Assembly: GCA_977862235.1 (NCBI GenBank)
Contig: OZ374558.1
Span: 868,001-932,000 of the forward strand
DNA length: 64,000 nucleotides
From: Dudresnaya verticillata
Taxonomy: Eukaryota
Direction: 5' to 3'
Under the pieces are notes generated by a model that did no database searches, was not told the DNA's origin, and saw only the letters and a list, made by a program, of their open reading frames with translations. The translations under genes and the position numbers were made by a program. This document shows positions 33,429 through 46,139 of the stretch, one piece after another (the stretch's first letter is position 1; each line of letters begins with the position of its first letter).

Positions 33429-33639
33429 TTACTCGGTATTAGGGATATGACCTCCATACTATGATGCTCCATACGTTCTCCAAATAGGTAAAAAACAGTA
33501 TCTAACTGCGCCTCCCAGACGACAACTCCAAATATCCTCCATTTAACTTTTCCGTGCTCCACAATCCTCCAATTATCCTCTATATTCTCCACGTAGCCTC
33601 CAAAAGCCAGGATAATGTCCGCTAGGGGAAGCACGGGGC

Positions 33640-34200
33640 GCGCTGGGCATATGCGGCGGCGGCGGGCGGCTCGGGGTGCGGTGCGCGTGCGAGAGGAACC
33701 CAGCCTACGTGGGTTGGGGGTGGGCGGGGCGGTGGAGGGGTACTGTGCGGAGGGGTGCAGCGCGCGCAGATGACGCGGGGCGGGCAGGGTGCGACAGCGG
33801 GCGGGCGGGCGCGGTGGTGGCGCGGGGCAGGCAGGGTGAGGCAGCGGGCGGGCGGGCGAGCGGGCGGGCGGGCGGGCGCGGTGATGGCGCGGCACGGGCA
33901 TGCCCGCCCTGTGATACCCTGCGATACCCTGCAGGGTGCCATAGCAGGCGGGCGGGCGGGGCGGTGGCGCGCTCGCCACCGTGGCGCAGGCGGGGTATGA
34001 CAGCGGACGGGGCTGTAGCGCGGCAGCGGGGCGGGGGGGCGGGGGGTGTTGGTGTGTTGGGTTGGCGGCTGGGGGCGCGTGGGCGTTATAGAGGCAGTGG
34101 GAGGTGTGTACTGGAGGCAGACTGCGGCGGGAGGCGGGGGGGCGGGGGAGGTGGGTCTGTGGCGGGGACGGGAAGGGTGAGGTAGTGGCGTAGGCGCGGT
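33640..34200. repeat. Very G-rich low-complexity tract with (GGGC)n runs
   Basis: Repeated GCGGGCGGGCGGGCGCGGTG(G/A)TGGCGCGG units and a strong G skew on +. Confidence 0.85.
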
Positions 34201-35699
34201 GGAGGACGTCGGTGGTGGGCGTCGGTGCAGCGTTCTGTCGCCTATCTAGAGAGGCGATAGCGCGTGGGGAGTTCCTCAAGCGCAACATGAAACAGCGTCC
34301 TGACGCTGCTGCAGCGTTACATGCGCGTCCTTCCACGCGCTCATGTGCGGAAACATCCAATTGCGTTGGCCCAGCAATGCGCACGGTGCCGGAGACGCGG
34401 ATGCAAAACGTTTTGATTCGCGCGGCATCCTGTGCGGGCCGCCGCCCGCGCCGCCTCCGGCCCCTCAATCGCAACGCCCGTGCCGCGCGATCGAGCTCCA
34501 TGGAGCTTCAGCTCGCGAACGCCCCTGCCGCCGATGCCCATCGCGCAGAAGGACGCGTCCCGGGACTGGCCTGAGCCGGCCGGAGCGGGTTCGCTGCGCG
34601 CGCGCGTTGCACGACTCGCGCTTCCCATCACGCCGCGCCGCTTCGCCTCGCGCACCCTACCCAAGCAGCGCATGACATTCCTGTTCACAGTTGCGCCTAG
34701 CTATTCGCAAGCTAGAGGCGCATGCGGGTGTGCCACAGCGTCTAGGCGCTGGCGCACCCGCATGCGCATCTCCGTCGTTGGAGCGGGCCCGTCACGCCGC
34801 TACGCCTAGGGCCGCATCTGTCCGCAGTATCGCCACGCCCAGCCGCGCGGCTGGACGTGGCGGTATACCGCGCGTTTAGACCGGCTGCACGACCAGCACC
34901 CGCTTCATCGGAGCCGTTGTACCGGCATGCCCGGCGCGATCTTTAGTTGGATTCCGGCATGCATGCCGGCATCCGATTGACGTTCGCGCGCCCGCCCGGG
35001 GCTGAGACCACTGACCAGGTACTGTTTCGCTCGGCTTTCGCCGCCCCCTCCGCGATACAGAGCCGCCCGTTCACTCTCGCCGCGCTCTTGCTGCACCTCT
35101 GTCTCCACCACCACTCTCACTCCCTCCCCGCGCCCCCATCTGCCCCACCACCCACGACACCACTGCTGCACCTGTCCATAAGCACAGGCGACTTCCGCCA
35201 CCTACGCTGCGATGCCGCGATCACAGCCCTCCTCTCCTCGGGTGTGCCTACGCCGGCCTGGGCCGCCTGTATCGTCATGCTTCGATCCGCCGCGTCGCAC
35301 GGAGACTGCTTCACGTAGATCCCCACCGGCGGCGGCCGCCCGCACCTTCCTCTTCTTTGCCTTCCCCAACGCCAAAGTCGCCACCGCCTTGCGTGTACCC
35401 GCTATCCAGCCGCACCCGTGCCCGGCCCTACCCTCCGCCCCGGTCACCGACTTCTTCTATAGCTATATACCGTCTAGGCGGTATACCGTCCATCCCACCA
35501 GCGCGGCGCACCCGGTACCGGGGCGACGGGGCGCCCCGTCCTGCCGCCCGCCCGTCGCAACTGCGCAGGGACTATGCAGTCGCTGTAACAGCGGAGCAGC
35601 TATACTAAACTGTTCTAAGAGCCAGATAGGCTTCAAGAGGCAGCGGTCCGCGCACAAAGTTCTGAGACACGGTGTTAGGATGTACACAGTTTCGTACAT

Positions 35700-36856
35700 T
35701 CACGAGTAACATTGCTGCGATGTCATAAGCCCTACCGGCGACTCGTGGACCTTAAGCTTCCGCTTGAAACCTACCGATGTCCTGTACAGTTTATCTCCTT
35801 GTAAAGACACTCAACCGTGACACGCCCGGAACTCATTGCCGTGTTTACAGCGCCTTGCTCTGCCGAAAGTGTGGCACCTTGATACGGAACCTCCAGAAAA
35901 GGGCGCGAGTTGTAGCCGCTGTCCCCATAGAGGCAGTACTGGATGAGGTTGACCAGTAGCGATGATTCAAGCACGTCGTCTTCATTGGCGGAACTATACA
36001 AGTACCAGCCGTGGCGCCTTCCTTCTACTGGCCCGAACGCATGCAGCACGTAACCATCAGGTGTTCTTATGGTCTGAAACTTTAAGCAGTGCAATCGTTT
36101 GTGTCCATTGTAGGCCACGTTCTACGCCACGTTTCCGGCTGGTCGCACAATCCCTATCCTTGTCCCGTCTATGAAACCCACGAATTTTTCGAGAGCAACT
36201 GTCTTGTCCTTGACCGCCTTAGCGTACACTTCTGCTCTCTCCTCCTTCAACGCAAGAGGGATTTTTCTTGATAGTGGATGACCATAGTTGCTCGAAAAAG
36301 CACGTAACGTTTGCCAGAAGATCTCTGACATGTGTGAGGGCTGCTTACCGAACAATTCGATTATATCTCCCCATCTGCTAGGCGATGCAAGCCTACGGAG
36401 GAGCATACAAGTGCTTAACAACGGTGTAGTACCATAAGCGTTTCTGTTGATACGCACGTCCTGAAGCCTAAGATAAGGAACGAGGCGGATGATGTCTCGT
36501 CTGGAGAACCGAAACTGCTCCAACGACTGCTGTTCGGTCATGCGCTCGAACGATACGTCGAAGGATAGGCATGAGATGCGCCACGTCGGCAAATTGCGTA
36601 GGCTAAGTGCCTTCCTCTCCTCCACGGCCGACACAGCAGCCCGATACAGATCGACTCGGCATCGTTTGCGGTACCTGCGGCGGCTCAACACGCTGACAAG
36701 TGCGTGTGAGGTCCTCATGCGCCGCACATGAAGATGACTAGCGCAGCCCTTCTGACGATGGATCGCCATCTCTGCCGTCCATGCGCGATCACGCTTGCCG
36801 AAAGGTGGGCGGGCGGGGACGCGGTAACGGGCAGTGGAGCTGTTTATGAGCCTCAC
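35700..36856 (-). pseudogene. PIF/Harbinger-type (DDE_Tnp_4-like) transposase with disablements
   Basis: HTH region LRRLASPSRW.D...FG; GFIDGTRIGIVRP; YNGHKRLHCLKFQ...PDG; GPVEGRRH; LYGDSGY; NTAMSSGRVTVE. Confidence 0.88.
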
Positions 36857-36899
36857 ACTGTAATACTCCCACCATAGTCCAGATTCAAAACCGTAATCT

Positions 36900-37850
36900 T
36901 TATCAGTGCAGCGTGGCCAATGCGGTGACAGAAAAGCGGTCGGGCAAACTTTTTCTCACAAGTTCTTTTTCTGTGCAGTTACTCTTTCGTACCGTAAGCT
37001 CTCTAGTATGTAAACAGATATCATAAACGTTGCCTAGTACTTCCAAAACTGAAGCTCGCACTTCGGCTTTGTGGTGATTGTGTACAATCACAAAGGATGT
37101 GGAACTCAGAGTGTTTGTACGCGAATAGTTTCTATACATAAGGCATCTGGGATCCTCCACTTTCCATAACAAACCGTTTTTCATTGAGGGGAGGATGCGT
37201 GGAGGATTTCTGGAGATAAATAGCGTAGTTGGGGAAATACAAAAATAGTTACAGTGTAAGAGAGCTCCCCATTCTGTGAATTTGAAAGGAGGATTGCAAG
37301 TGCCTTTCGGGAAGCTTGTGGGGTATAATTGGCAGTAATATGAGGTACAGGAGGAGGATGCTCTCACAGTCCTCTACGCATCCCCCGAATTGTCTTCTAC
37401 GGAATAGCAACCACGTATGCATGCTGCAACGCTTTAGAGAGGTGAATGGACTGCCATCCTGGTAGGGAAGATATTCTAACAGGGTTCTATTACGATTCAA
37501 CCCGGGCTGACTGTATGCGTACCGATGCCACCACATGCGCACTATCCCCGCTCAGAAAACATCCGCCCACTGGCTTAGTAGGTAACGAATCGGGAGAGGC
37601 AATGAAGATTTGCATGGAATTAAGCGCATGGAGCACTCGTAGGAAACATTTTAGGCCGCACGTTGAGGACAATGATACATCCTCCTCCCGCAGTATATCC
37701 GCCCTCCAAATATTCCGTGCACCTCCTCCAAATTTGCTTCGTATCGTCCTCTAGATTTCCGCAAATTGTACGCCATCTTATACTGTAATTTTTCGTGTAT
37801 GTCTTCAATGCAGTCCTGAAAATGCGCTATGTATTTTCATTTATCCTCCG
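36900..37850 (-). mobile_element. Possible degraded copia RNase H relic
   Basis: Weak motifs FGGCVED, TEWGAL, GNVYDI; heavily frameshifted. Confidence 0.25.
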
Positions 37851-38029
37851 CCCATCCTGCTCTGACTGACAATTTGCTCGCCAGGATCTGATAGGATCTG
37901 ATCCCATATAGAGTACCGTAGTTCTAAACTATACCGATTACAGAGCGACTGGATGGCTTGGTTGTGTTCGAGGTGTCAGCACGCTTTGAGACCTATGTGT
38001 CCCGAGCCATCCGCAGGCTAAATGCCGTA

Positions 38030-40408
38030 AAGGACCAGGCCCAGATGGTGTGGTCACGGAAATGCTCGCACTGTGTCCCAAAGCAACAACCAAGTTATTT
38101 GTTGCCCTATGGACAGCAATCGGCCGAGTCGGTTACTTACCGAAGATCCTAAGTACGGGTGTGCTCGTCCCTCTCTACAGAAAAGGAGAAGCCACCCAAG
38201 CGAGAAACTACCGCCCGGTTTCGCTCCTCTTGCATACACGGAAGGTGCTCTCATCTGCCTAGACCAAGCGCTCAGGTCGGAATATGACTGTCACCCCAGA
38301 AAATGGGGGTTCGTCCAGGGCTCGAGCACAGAAGCGTCCATTGCACATGTAACCGCTATCCAGGAGGACGAACACCGCCATGTGACGGTGTTTGACCTCC
38401 GGGGCGCATACGACACCGTCCCCCGCCACAGACTTATGGCACTATGCCGACAACACCTGTGAACCGATTTTTGTAGGATCTCTGGAGCACCACCAAGTGC
38501 GGCGGCCAAAGGAGACCCCAAGAAGACCACAATTACCTGTCGGATTTCACCAAAAACTGGCCAGAACGTTGAACGGACCTGCGCACCGGTAGCAAGCGTG
38601 GTAGAGCGGGAGCGCGCAGACGAAGTCGTGGCCAAAACCTGCGATGAGGACAGAAAATGGCCAAGTCGCGGGTTTAGTTGCTAACTTTACTCCCAACCTC
38701 TGGCGGGACGGCTTCGTACCTTTTTCGGCTATGCCGTAGTATGTGGCCAGCTAAGTAGTCCCAAAATCGGCCATCTGAGCTAATCTAGAGCTATTCTACA
38801 GTTAGTGGCCGAGGCTACTCCTCGTTAGCTATAATATCCACTTGTGTTCCCACGTCGGGCCAATGTGGGGCCCCTATGAGACTAAACCAAGTACTTGTCT
38901 GTTAGTGACTGGCCGAACCAGTTAGATTTTCTCTTGATTTTTCCACTGTCTTCCCTTGATTTCGTTTTGCGGCCAAATCCAATTTCCTTTCGCATCTGGC
39001 CTTCTATCAGATCACACGTGTGCAACGTGCTACGTGGTGTGTCTTGGCTTAGTAGGTGGCCACGTGTGCGCCAGTTGTAGGTGGCCACGTATGCGCCACG
39101 TGTACACTTGGCGGCCGCGTTTTAGGTTTGCGCACTCACCGTCGTCCGTGGGCCGGTGTTGTGGCTCCATTGGTCAAGTGTCTTCTGTTCGTTGGGCCGA
39201 TCGCTCGCTGGGCCCACTGTGTTGCTTCCATTCAGTGGCCCCCTTCGCGTTGCACTACAATTTTGGCAGAAATGGTCCAGACGCTATTGACTATGATTGC
39301 CACAACGACCCAAGGGGAACCACCAAGCGCTACACCTGCACACATCACCGTGGGCGTGCCGCAGGGGGATATCCCGAGCCCCATGCTCTTCAACATTTTC
39401 ATCGACCCGTTGTTTCAACGGCTCGAGTCCATCCCATCAAGCTTATCCGCCGCGCCCGCCAATGGTGTCGCGGATGATGTACTACTCCTGGCCCGTAGCC
39501 CCGAGGGCCTCCGTTGGTTACTCAGCGAGGGTACAACCTGTGCAAAAGACGAGGCAATGGAATGGGCACCACAAAAGTGCCAGGCCGTACTGTCTTACCC
39601 CACAAAGGAACAGTATACAATCGCAGGGGCGGGAATCCAGACTGTATAATCGGCTACATATCTCGGAGTGTGCCTCTCGTCTTTTGGCGTTCTCGCAGAA
39701 GGGACCCTACCCCGCATAGCAAAAGCAACTATATGCCTCAGGAGCATCCGACGCTACATGGAACCTACATGGCAACTCCCCCTCGAGCTACGCCGCGCAG
39801 TAGCCACCACCATCTTGCTTCCAGTCATTGGCTGCGGTGCACATCTCACTCCTGTAATCCATGACATACAGGCAGCAGCCGAACAGTTCGAGTCAGTCCT
39901 GCTCCCATGGGTGCTTGGAGTACGCCGTGACCGCCCAACGCGCGACAACGCCCGCATGCGGCTACTGACCCGCATCAATAGTTTCACCCAACGGCGCAAC
40001 ACCGTCATGGGGACTAGAACACTCAAGTTATGCCAACGTGCGGTACCCCTGCTCCCGCCCTTACAGCTGAATCGAGCCAAGCAAACAAACCTGGACCGAC
40101 TGCAGGACGCTCCCGGGGCGCGAATAGTCCTGCCCCAGATCCGACAGCCGGTATCAGCACAAGCCACCCTCGCCGCCATACAAGATTGGCACCGGACACA
40201 ATGGCAGAAAATGGCAACACAGGTAAACGCACACCGCGCTCGGCTCATACCTGCCGATGACCGCCGACGTGGACCACCCTGCATGCAGTCGTCAAGCCGT
40301 AACCAGGCAACTCACCTAGCCATACTCTGTTACATCCACCGGCTTCCACGGCGCAACCACGCACGCCTAAGAGAAACACTGACTACAGAATGGAAAAGGC
40401 TTCTGTAG
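38030..40408 (+). mobile_element. 5'-truncated LINE, RT region, split by a solo LTR
   Basis: GPDGVVTEML, VPLYRKG...NYRPVSLL, FDLRGAYDTV, GVPQGDIPSPMLFNIFID, ADD, YLGV. Confidence 0.9.
38472..39259. mobile_element. Solo LTR family A, copy 1
   Basis: TGTAG...CTACA; 5-bp TSD ATTTT (38467-38471, 39260-39264). Confidence 0.92.
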
Positions 40409-40862
40409 ATGCACAAATGGGGTGACCCACAGGCGGACGTGACCCGATTCCACACGTTAGCCGACGCAGTCACCCGACGGACCGACACCCCTGACCCAGG
40501 CCTCCCGCGCAAACCTGGACACACTCTCCAACGACGCGGATGACACCCCACGCAGTGATACAAGCCCACTGCAGGCCGGTTAATTCAACCGCGCCCGCTA
40601 CCACTGCTGACCCACCAGCGCACACCAACCAACGGCCACCCAACCGGTCGAAACGGTTGGACACCAGCCACCAGCTGACCCTACCAAGGTCAAAACTAGC
40701 CCGCCACGCGCACCACACGCGACACAAGTAAGGCCGCAGGCTACGACAACCGACCCCACTGCAGGGCAAACGGCAAAAGGAACTCAAACCACCGCCGACA
40801 CCCTACCACAGCAAACAACACCGTCATAGGACCGGTGACCGCCCCAGCAAGCAGGCCCCAAC

Positions 40863-41645
40863 TGTAGTATCTCTAAAGCACCACCGCGTACGGCGGGCAA
40901 ACGAGACCCCAAGAAAACCCAAAAGACCTGTCGGATTTCGTAGAAACTGGCCAACTGTAGAACGGACCTGCGCGCCGGTAGCAAGCGTGGTAGAGCGGGA
41001 GCGCGCAGACGAAGTCGTGACCAAAATCTGTGATGAGGACAGAAAATGGCCAAGTCGGGGGTTGAGTTGCTAAGTTTACTCCCAACCTCTGGCGGGACGG
41101 CTTCGTGCCTGTGTTGGCTGAGCCGAGGTGTGTGACCGTCTAAGTAGACCCAAAATCGGCCATCTGAGCTATTCTAAGGCTATTCTACAGTTAGTGGCCG
41201 AGGTTACTCACCATGGCCCAAACTATCTTCTCGAATCCTGGCTTCGGGCCAATATTAGAGCCCTACCGAATTAAATCGAGTACTTGCCAGTTGATCAGTG
41301 GTCGTATGAGTTAGATTTCCCCTCGATTTTTCCGTGCTTGATTCCTTGATATGGTATTGCGGCCAAATCCTTTTCCGTAATCCGATCTCGTTTCGATCCC
41401 GATTAGCGTATCCAGATTGTTCCGATCGTCCAGATATGATAATTTTTCTTTGCGCTGGCCACGTGGTTGACACGTACACGCGTGTGACCCACGTGTCACG
41501 CTTGTGGCTCCTTACCGGCGTCCAACGCCGTCCGCGCGGCCGTACAGTAGCAACTTGGGCCAAGTGTCTTCTGTGAGTTGGCCAATTCGGGTGCGTGGCC
41601 CAGTCGACAGGCTTGTTTTCGGAGGCCCCTTGCCGTTGCACCACC
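40863..41645. mobile_element. Solo LTR family A, copy 2
   Basis: TGTAGTATCTC...TTGCACCACC; TSD CCAAC (40858-40862, 41646-41650). Confidence 0.9.
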
Positions 41646-41874
41646 CCAACCACGCTAAGTCTTTCCACACGTGTTACATGTGTCCCAAACGAGGCCGTGC
41701 ACCCGACCAAACACGAGCAAAGGCACACCGTACCAGCTGGCGCAAAAACCGTGCGGACGCTGCACAATGGCGGCGTGCAAGCATAGAAGTGGTCTCTTTC
41801 AAACAGAAAAGACGAAAGTTTACACTTTGAAGTCTGACATGGGGCGGACTCTTGTGGAGAGGCCTTACGCTTGG

Positions 41875-42274
41875 TGTGGTGTAGAGAAAGGCACACCTGT
41901 AAGGAGAGCTGATCAGGCAATCCCAATAAGGGGTGATCTCACACGGCACCGGGGTGGTAGAGCTTAGTTCGTAGACCGAAGGGAGCACCTCGAGCGGCAA
42001 CACCTGTAAGGAGTAAAGGGACGCAACAGACAAGAGGGACGGTACAGTGCCAGGACAAGTACACCGGGAGGGATGAAAGAGGAATCCGTGCACGGGGCTG
42101 GCGAGGGGAAACCGTGAAGGAGTATGAGGGTAAGGCTTAGGGTAAGACATTTTGCCCAGGGTTGCGTACCCGTTTACTGTAGGACTCGCGGTGGCCACCC
42201 ATTAGTATACTGGGAGATACGCCCCGCGGTCCGGTCCTTATGGCCGTAGAAACGCTTGTGCAATACAGGCCACA
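41875..42274. mobile_element. LTR-like segment, boundaries uncertain
   Basis: TGTGGTG start and the GGTGGTAGAGC...CTGTAA motif shared with other LTRs; no TSD found. Confidence 0.4.
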
Positions 42275-42889
42275 ACCAATTCAGCGATGGTTGAAAGTAG
42301 GGGTAAGAATCTTGCCGATGCCCGCGTCGAGACAAGCCTGAATGGTGATGTTCGACTTGCGAGAGAAGAATGAATTTCTCCGCCCACCCAAATGACTTTA
42401 ACATCAGCACCAGCGGACCTATCGGCCGCTCGCAACACTTATATATAGCCTGAATGGTTTCTGACACTTATTGTCACATTGACACTAAGGCTTACACTGA
42501 TAGATGTCGATCACGCTTACGTAAGCAAGCTTGTAGTTGCCGACAGGTGCTGACAATACAGGCGCGCTTTTGTTCAATTGGCACCGGTCCTGCGTGTCTT
42601 TATACCAAGCATGCATTTAGAAGCGTGATGCATTGGCTTTGAAGAGCAGGGTCTCACATTGGCAACCACAAAGGCAAACAATTTACGACATAGGAGATTA
42701 AAAAACATAAGGTGATTACGGCGCAACCAATTGAGCCGGCCACGCGAGGGAAATCACCATGATTGGGGCGGGGATCGCTTACGAACAAGGAATAAAAACG
42801 TAAGGCCACGTGATACATTCGCTATCCGCCAGCAAATAAAACACTGGGGCTGTTCCTGTCCACACAGAACTGGACATTAAGAACGGCGG

Positions 42890-43803
42890 CTAGACGATCC
42901 GCCGCTTCGCGGAGCTTGCATCTTGTTGTCCTTGACGAACTTTCCGACAGCTTTTGAGCCTTTTTTGCAACTACTCAACGTCGCGAAGCGAATTGAGTGC
43001 GATCTTTCATACACAGCCGACCCAGAAGCTCGAGCCAAACATATCGGGCGCCTTTCTCATGAGCGAGTTGGCGAGCTTCAGCATGTTGATGTCATTGCTA
43101 GAGTTGCCATGGGTGAAGAGGATGACGTTCTCGAAACCGAATTTTGCCTTGAGGTGAGCAATGACCTTTGTGATACCGGTAGCTTTGGTGTGCTTCCCGT
43201 TCTGGATGATTATCTCGGTTGTGTTGTCGTAGGTGTGATCGTACACCGCAATTTCATCGCGCTTGGAGGCGAGTGCTTTGATGTAGGCGAGGTGACGGCC
43301 GTATTTAGACCCGGCTTGGTGCTATCATAGCTGAGCCCGATGGCTTCACCCAACGCCAGTTCGGAGACGTGTTTGTATTTCTCAAGGATCTCCCGAGCTC
43401 TGATCTTGAAGGCTTCGCACTCAGGGAACGAATGGCGAACGGGGCCAGCTTCTTGACCAGCAACGGCGGGGAAACGGATCCAGCTGCCATCCTTTGCGAT
43501 GAGTGGCACCCGAGGGCGCGAGAAAGCGGAGTCCGCGTCTTGTGGGTTCCGCCCAGTAGCCAAGAGTACAAAGACCTTGCTGTTTGTACCATGGATCAGC
43601 ATAAGAGCGTCGATGACCCCTTGCGGCGCCTTGGTGATGCCGCCAGTGCCCGAAGACCACTTGAACGTATCGTCAATGTCGAACGCCATCAATACAGCGA
43701 CCTTGGGGTTTGCCTTGGCATAGGTGATGGCATCGCGGATCACAGCCGAATAATTTTTGGCATTGCAGTTGAACGTTGCAGTCGAACTGCCTTGGGCGCT
43801 CAT
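42890..43803 (-). pseudogene. HAD-superfamily class IIB phosphatase (trehalose-6-phosphate phosphatase/Cof-like), frameshift near 43290 and 3' stops
   Basis: Motif I AFDIDDT, motif II LATGR, LIAKDG, motif III TKATG, motif IV GNSSND.NML; no intron evident. Confidence 0.8.
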
Positions 43804-44765
43804 GGAGATGACTTTCGGTGCAGATACCTGGCCAACGCGCTGGCTGCCGACACGTACGGTGTGAGGTGGAACCTGGGGCTTCGTTGGACACAGAGCAGGA
43901 CGACGGCTGCGGCTGGAGGTACCGTCTGGTGCCGCGGACTACTTGGCTCCGATCGGTGGGCTCCGCAAGCTCCAGCAAGGGGTAAGCATCGTATGATTTC
44001 GACAACACCCGGCGGCGGCGCTCTGCACTTGTCCCAGATACTCATCCCGATCCGGAGCTCCATCACTGCCGACAAAGAATATCTCTCGCTATATCACAAT
44101 TGGAACAAAAATAGGAGCACTCAATCCATGGCAGGTGTCCCTGCCTTCCACCGTTGGGAGCGTATTTGAAGAGTTCAAGGGCTCATGTCACATTTTCGAT
44201 CCAGTCCCTGGCACTACGGATTTATTCAAGCTCTCTACCATTCGTTTTATTCTTCTTGAGAGTATCTCGATAACATTTGGTGTTGGGTTTGAAATATCTT
44301 GGCGAATGAGTTTAGAGAAACTCGGAACGACGCCAAAGCTGCGCATTGCCAATTACAGTGTTAGCTATAAACTGATGAGGCAACAGCGTTTTGTCTTCCT
44401 GTTTGTCTTCCTTGATGTTGCAAATGTTTAGAACATGTTTGACAGCCTCGTCTGTCTCAGGAATTTGTTTAGAATAGTCAAGACTCGTAACAAAAATGTA
44501 AGACGGATGAACTTGGATGAAAAGAAAGAGCGGTCCCGAGGCTGTATATATGCAAGTACTGGCTTGTGCATTCAATTTTGTGGTATCATCTATAGAAAAG
44601 CGTGCGTGTGTGCTGGCACTAATGCGTCCACTAAAGACGCTAGGAGAGGACCCTCGTGTGTTGGAAATCTTGCGTGTATTATAGAGGCATCACTGAAATT
44701 GTAGGGAGAGGGTTTAGGGAGTAAAATGTCATCACTGAGCAGTGACCCGTTAGCTTTGACTCTTT

Positions 44766-45456
44766 TGTAGTCCAACACCCAGAGACGGGGGCTGCCCCAA
44801 AATCAGCGTTCGAGTGGTCTGCCACTAATGGCAGCAGGCAAGCGGCGGTGAAGCCGTCGCCGGGGGTGATAGAGCACGGAGAACGGGGTGTGCCCCGAAA
44901 AGAATAAACAACGGGGCCGGGTCGACTGTAATGCCCCGACCACGTTGGTGGTTAAACGTGGTTCCATCCACGAACAAAAGCGCCGACGTCGGCCTTCAGG
45001 ATGAACGAAGCGGTTGGGCCCGGAAAGCAAGAGTAGGGTTACGTAGCCCGGGTCGCCAGTGATGGCGTCACCGTGGGCAAGTACGAGGGTTCCCTAGACC
45101 CCGCTGCGGACTTGGCGATTTACTGAGAGAGGGGTTCCCCCGTACACTAAGTACTCCCGCGGGCGCGCCGCGCGCGTGTCAGGCGCTGTGCACGCGCACG
45201 CGCTGCCACTTGACATGCGCGAATCACGCGAGCCTCCTAAATATCGCGCTAAAATATCTATGTAGAATTACTACGCTCGCACTGTAAATCAGTGTAATCT
45301 AAGGGTGTGCATTGCTGGCGCGCACCCGATTGAGGACTGCCTCGGATATTGTTGGCGCGCGTGTGCGCGTGTAAACGTGGATGATTGTGCACAAGTGTTC
45401 TTGTGTACTCCAGCGGGCATCCGCGCGAAAACACGGTCCCGGGGCACTGCACCACA
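44766..45456. mobile_element. Solo LTR family B, copy 2
   Basis: TGTAGTCCAACACCC...GCACCACA; collinear with 14818-15654 (CGGGGTGTGCCCCG, GGTCGACTGTAA, CGCACTGTAAATCAGTGT); no TSD. Confidence 0.8.
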
Positions 45457-46129
45457 GTAAGGTACGCGTTTCGTGGGAGGGGAAGTCTGGACCAAGGCCG
45501 GATTACCGGGGATTCCTGCAACGTCCTAGACGGGTTACCTAAGTATTACTATGGCTACGCGGGCATTGGCGATGGTGCGACAACGCGCGGGGACTCAGGA
45601 AACGTGTCGGTCTTAGCTGCGGGTGACAAGTGCGCCTATATGCAGCCATGCTCCTGACAGACTCGTCGCGTCGTCGCGCGCGTTGCGCTCATGGCTATAT
45701 ACCTATACGGCGCCACGCGTATGGCTTACAGGCGAGTCTGCGTTGTATCGCAGTCGATCTGGGTGCCGATCCCGATCCGGACTAGCCTTACAGGCGCACA
45801 CCTTACACCGTAGTAAGTCCAGCGCCCTTTCAGCCGTGTCCTCGTTGGCGTGTCCCGCTTACAGCGTGGCTGTGTTGCGTGGCGTCAGGTGCATACGTGT
45901 GACACCTGGACCGACCTCGATCGTTGAGTCATGCTTCAGCCGATGGGCGTGGCTCTGTGGCGACTGTGTGACGCGGGCGTCAACGATGGTTACAACACAC
46001 GATAGGTTTTTTCGCGTCACGTCTCGGAACGCGAGTCAAACCGCGGATGGCGAGACATGCCCGTCATAGACGCTACGTCCGCCCCCCTTTGGCGTGTTTA
46101 CGGTCGCCCCGCCGCCTCTGTGCACCACA
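45457..46129. mobile_element. 3' portion of a family C LTR
   Basis: Homologous to 3155-3244 joined to 7305-7855 (AACGTCC.AGACGGGTTA..., TTACAGGCGCAC.CCTTA); ends GCACCACA. Confidence 0.75.
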
Positions 46130-46139
46130 CACTCGCCGT

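Noticed and set aside
33404..34501. 365-aa Pro/Arg/Ala-rich ORF as a gene
   Set aside because: Mostly explained by stop-poor GC-rich low-complexity sequence
38588..38612. tRNA D-arm/A-box-like TAGCAAGCGTGGTAGAGCG suggesting a tRNA or SINE
   Set aside because: No B-box or cloverleaf follows, and the unit has TG..CA ends with 5-bp TSDs, so it is an LTR
38638..38668. GATGAGGACAGAAAATGGCC in family A LTRs resembling a hammerhead core
   Set aside because: Lacks CUGA and the GAAA after stem II
43369..44169. Plus-strand ORFs 42923-43330 and 43369-44169
   Set aside because: Antisense shadows of the codon-biased HAD gene
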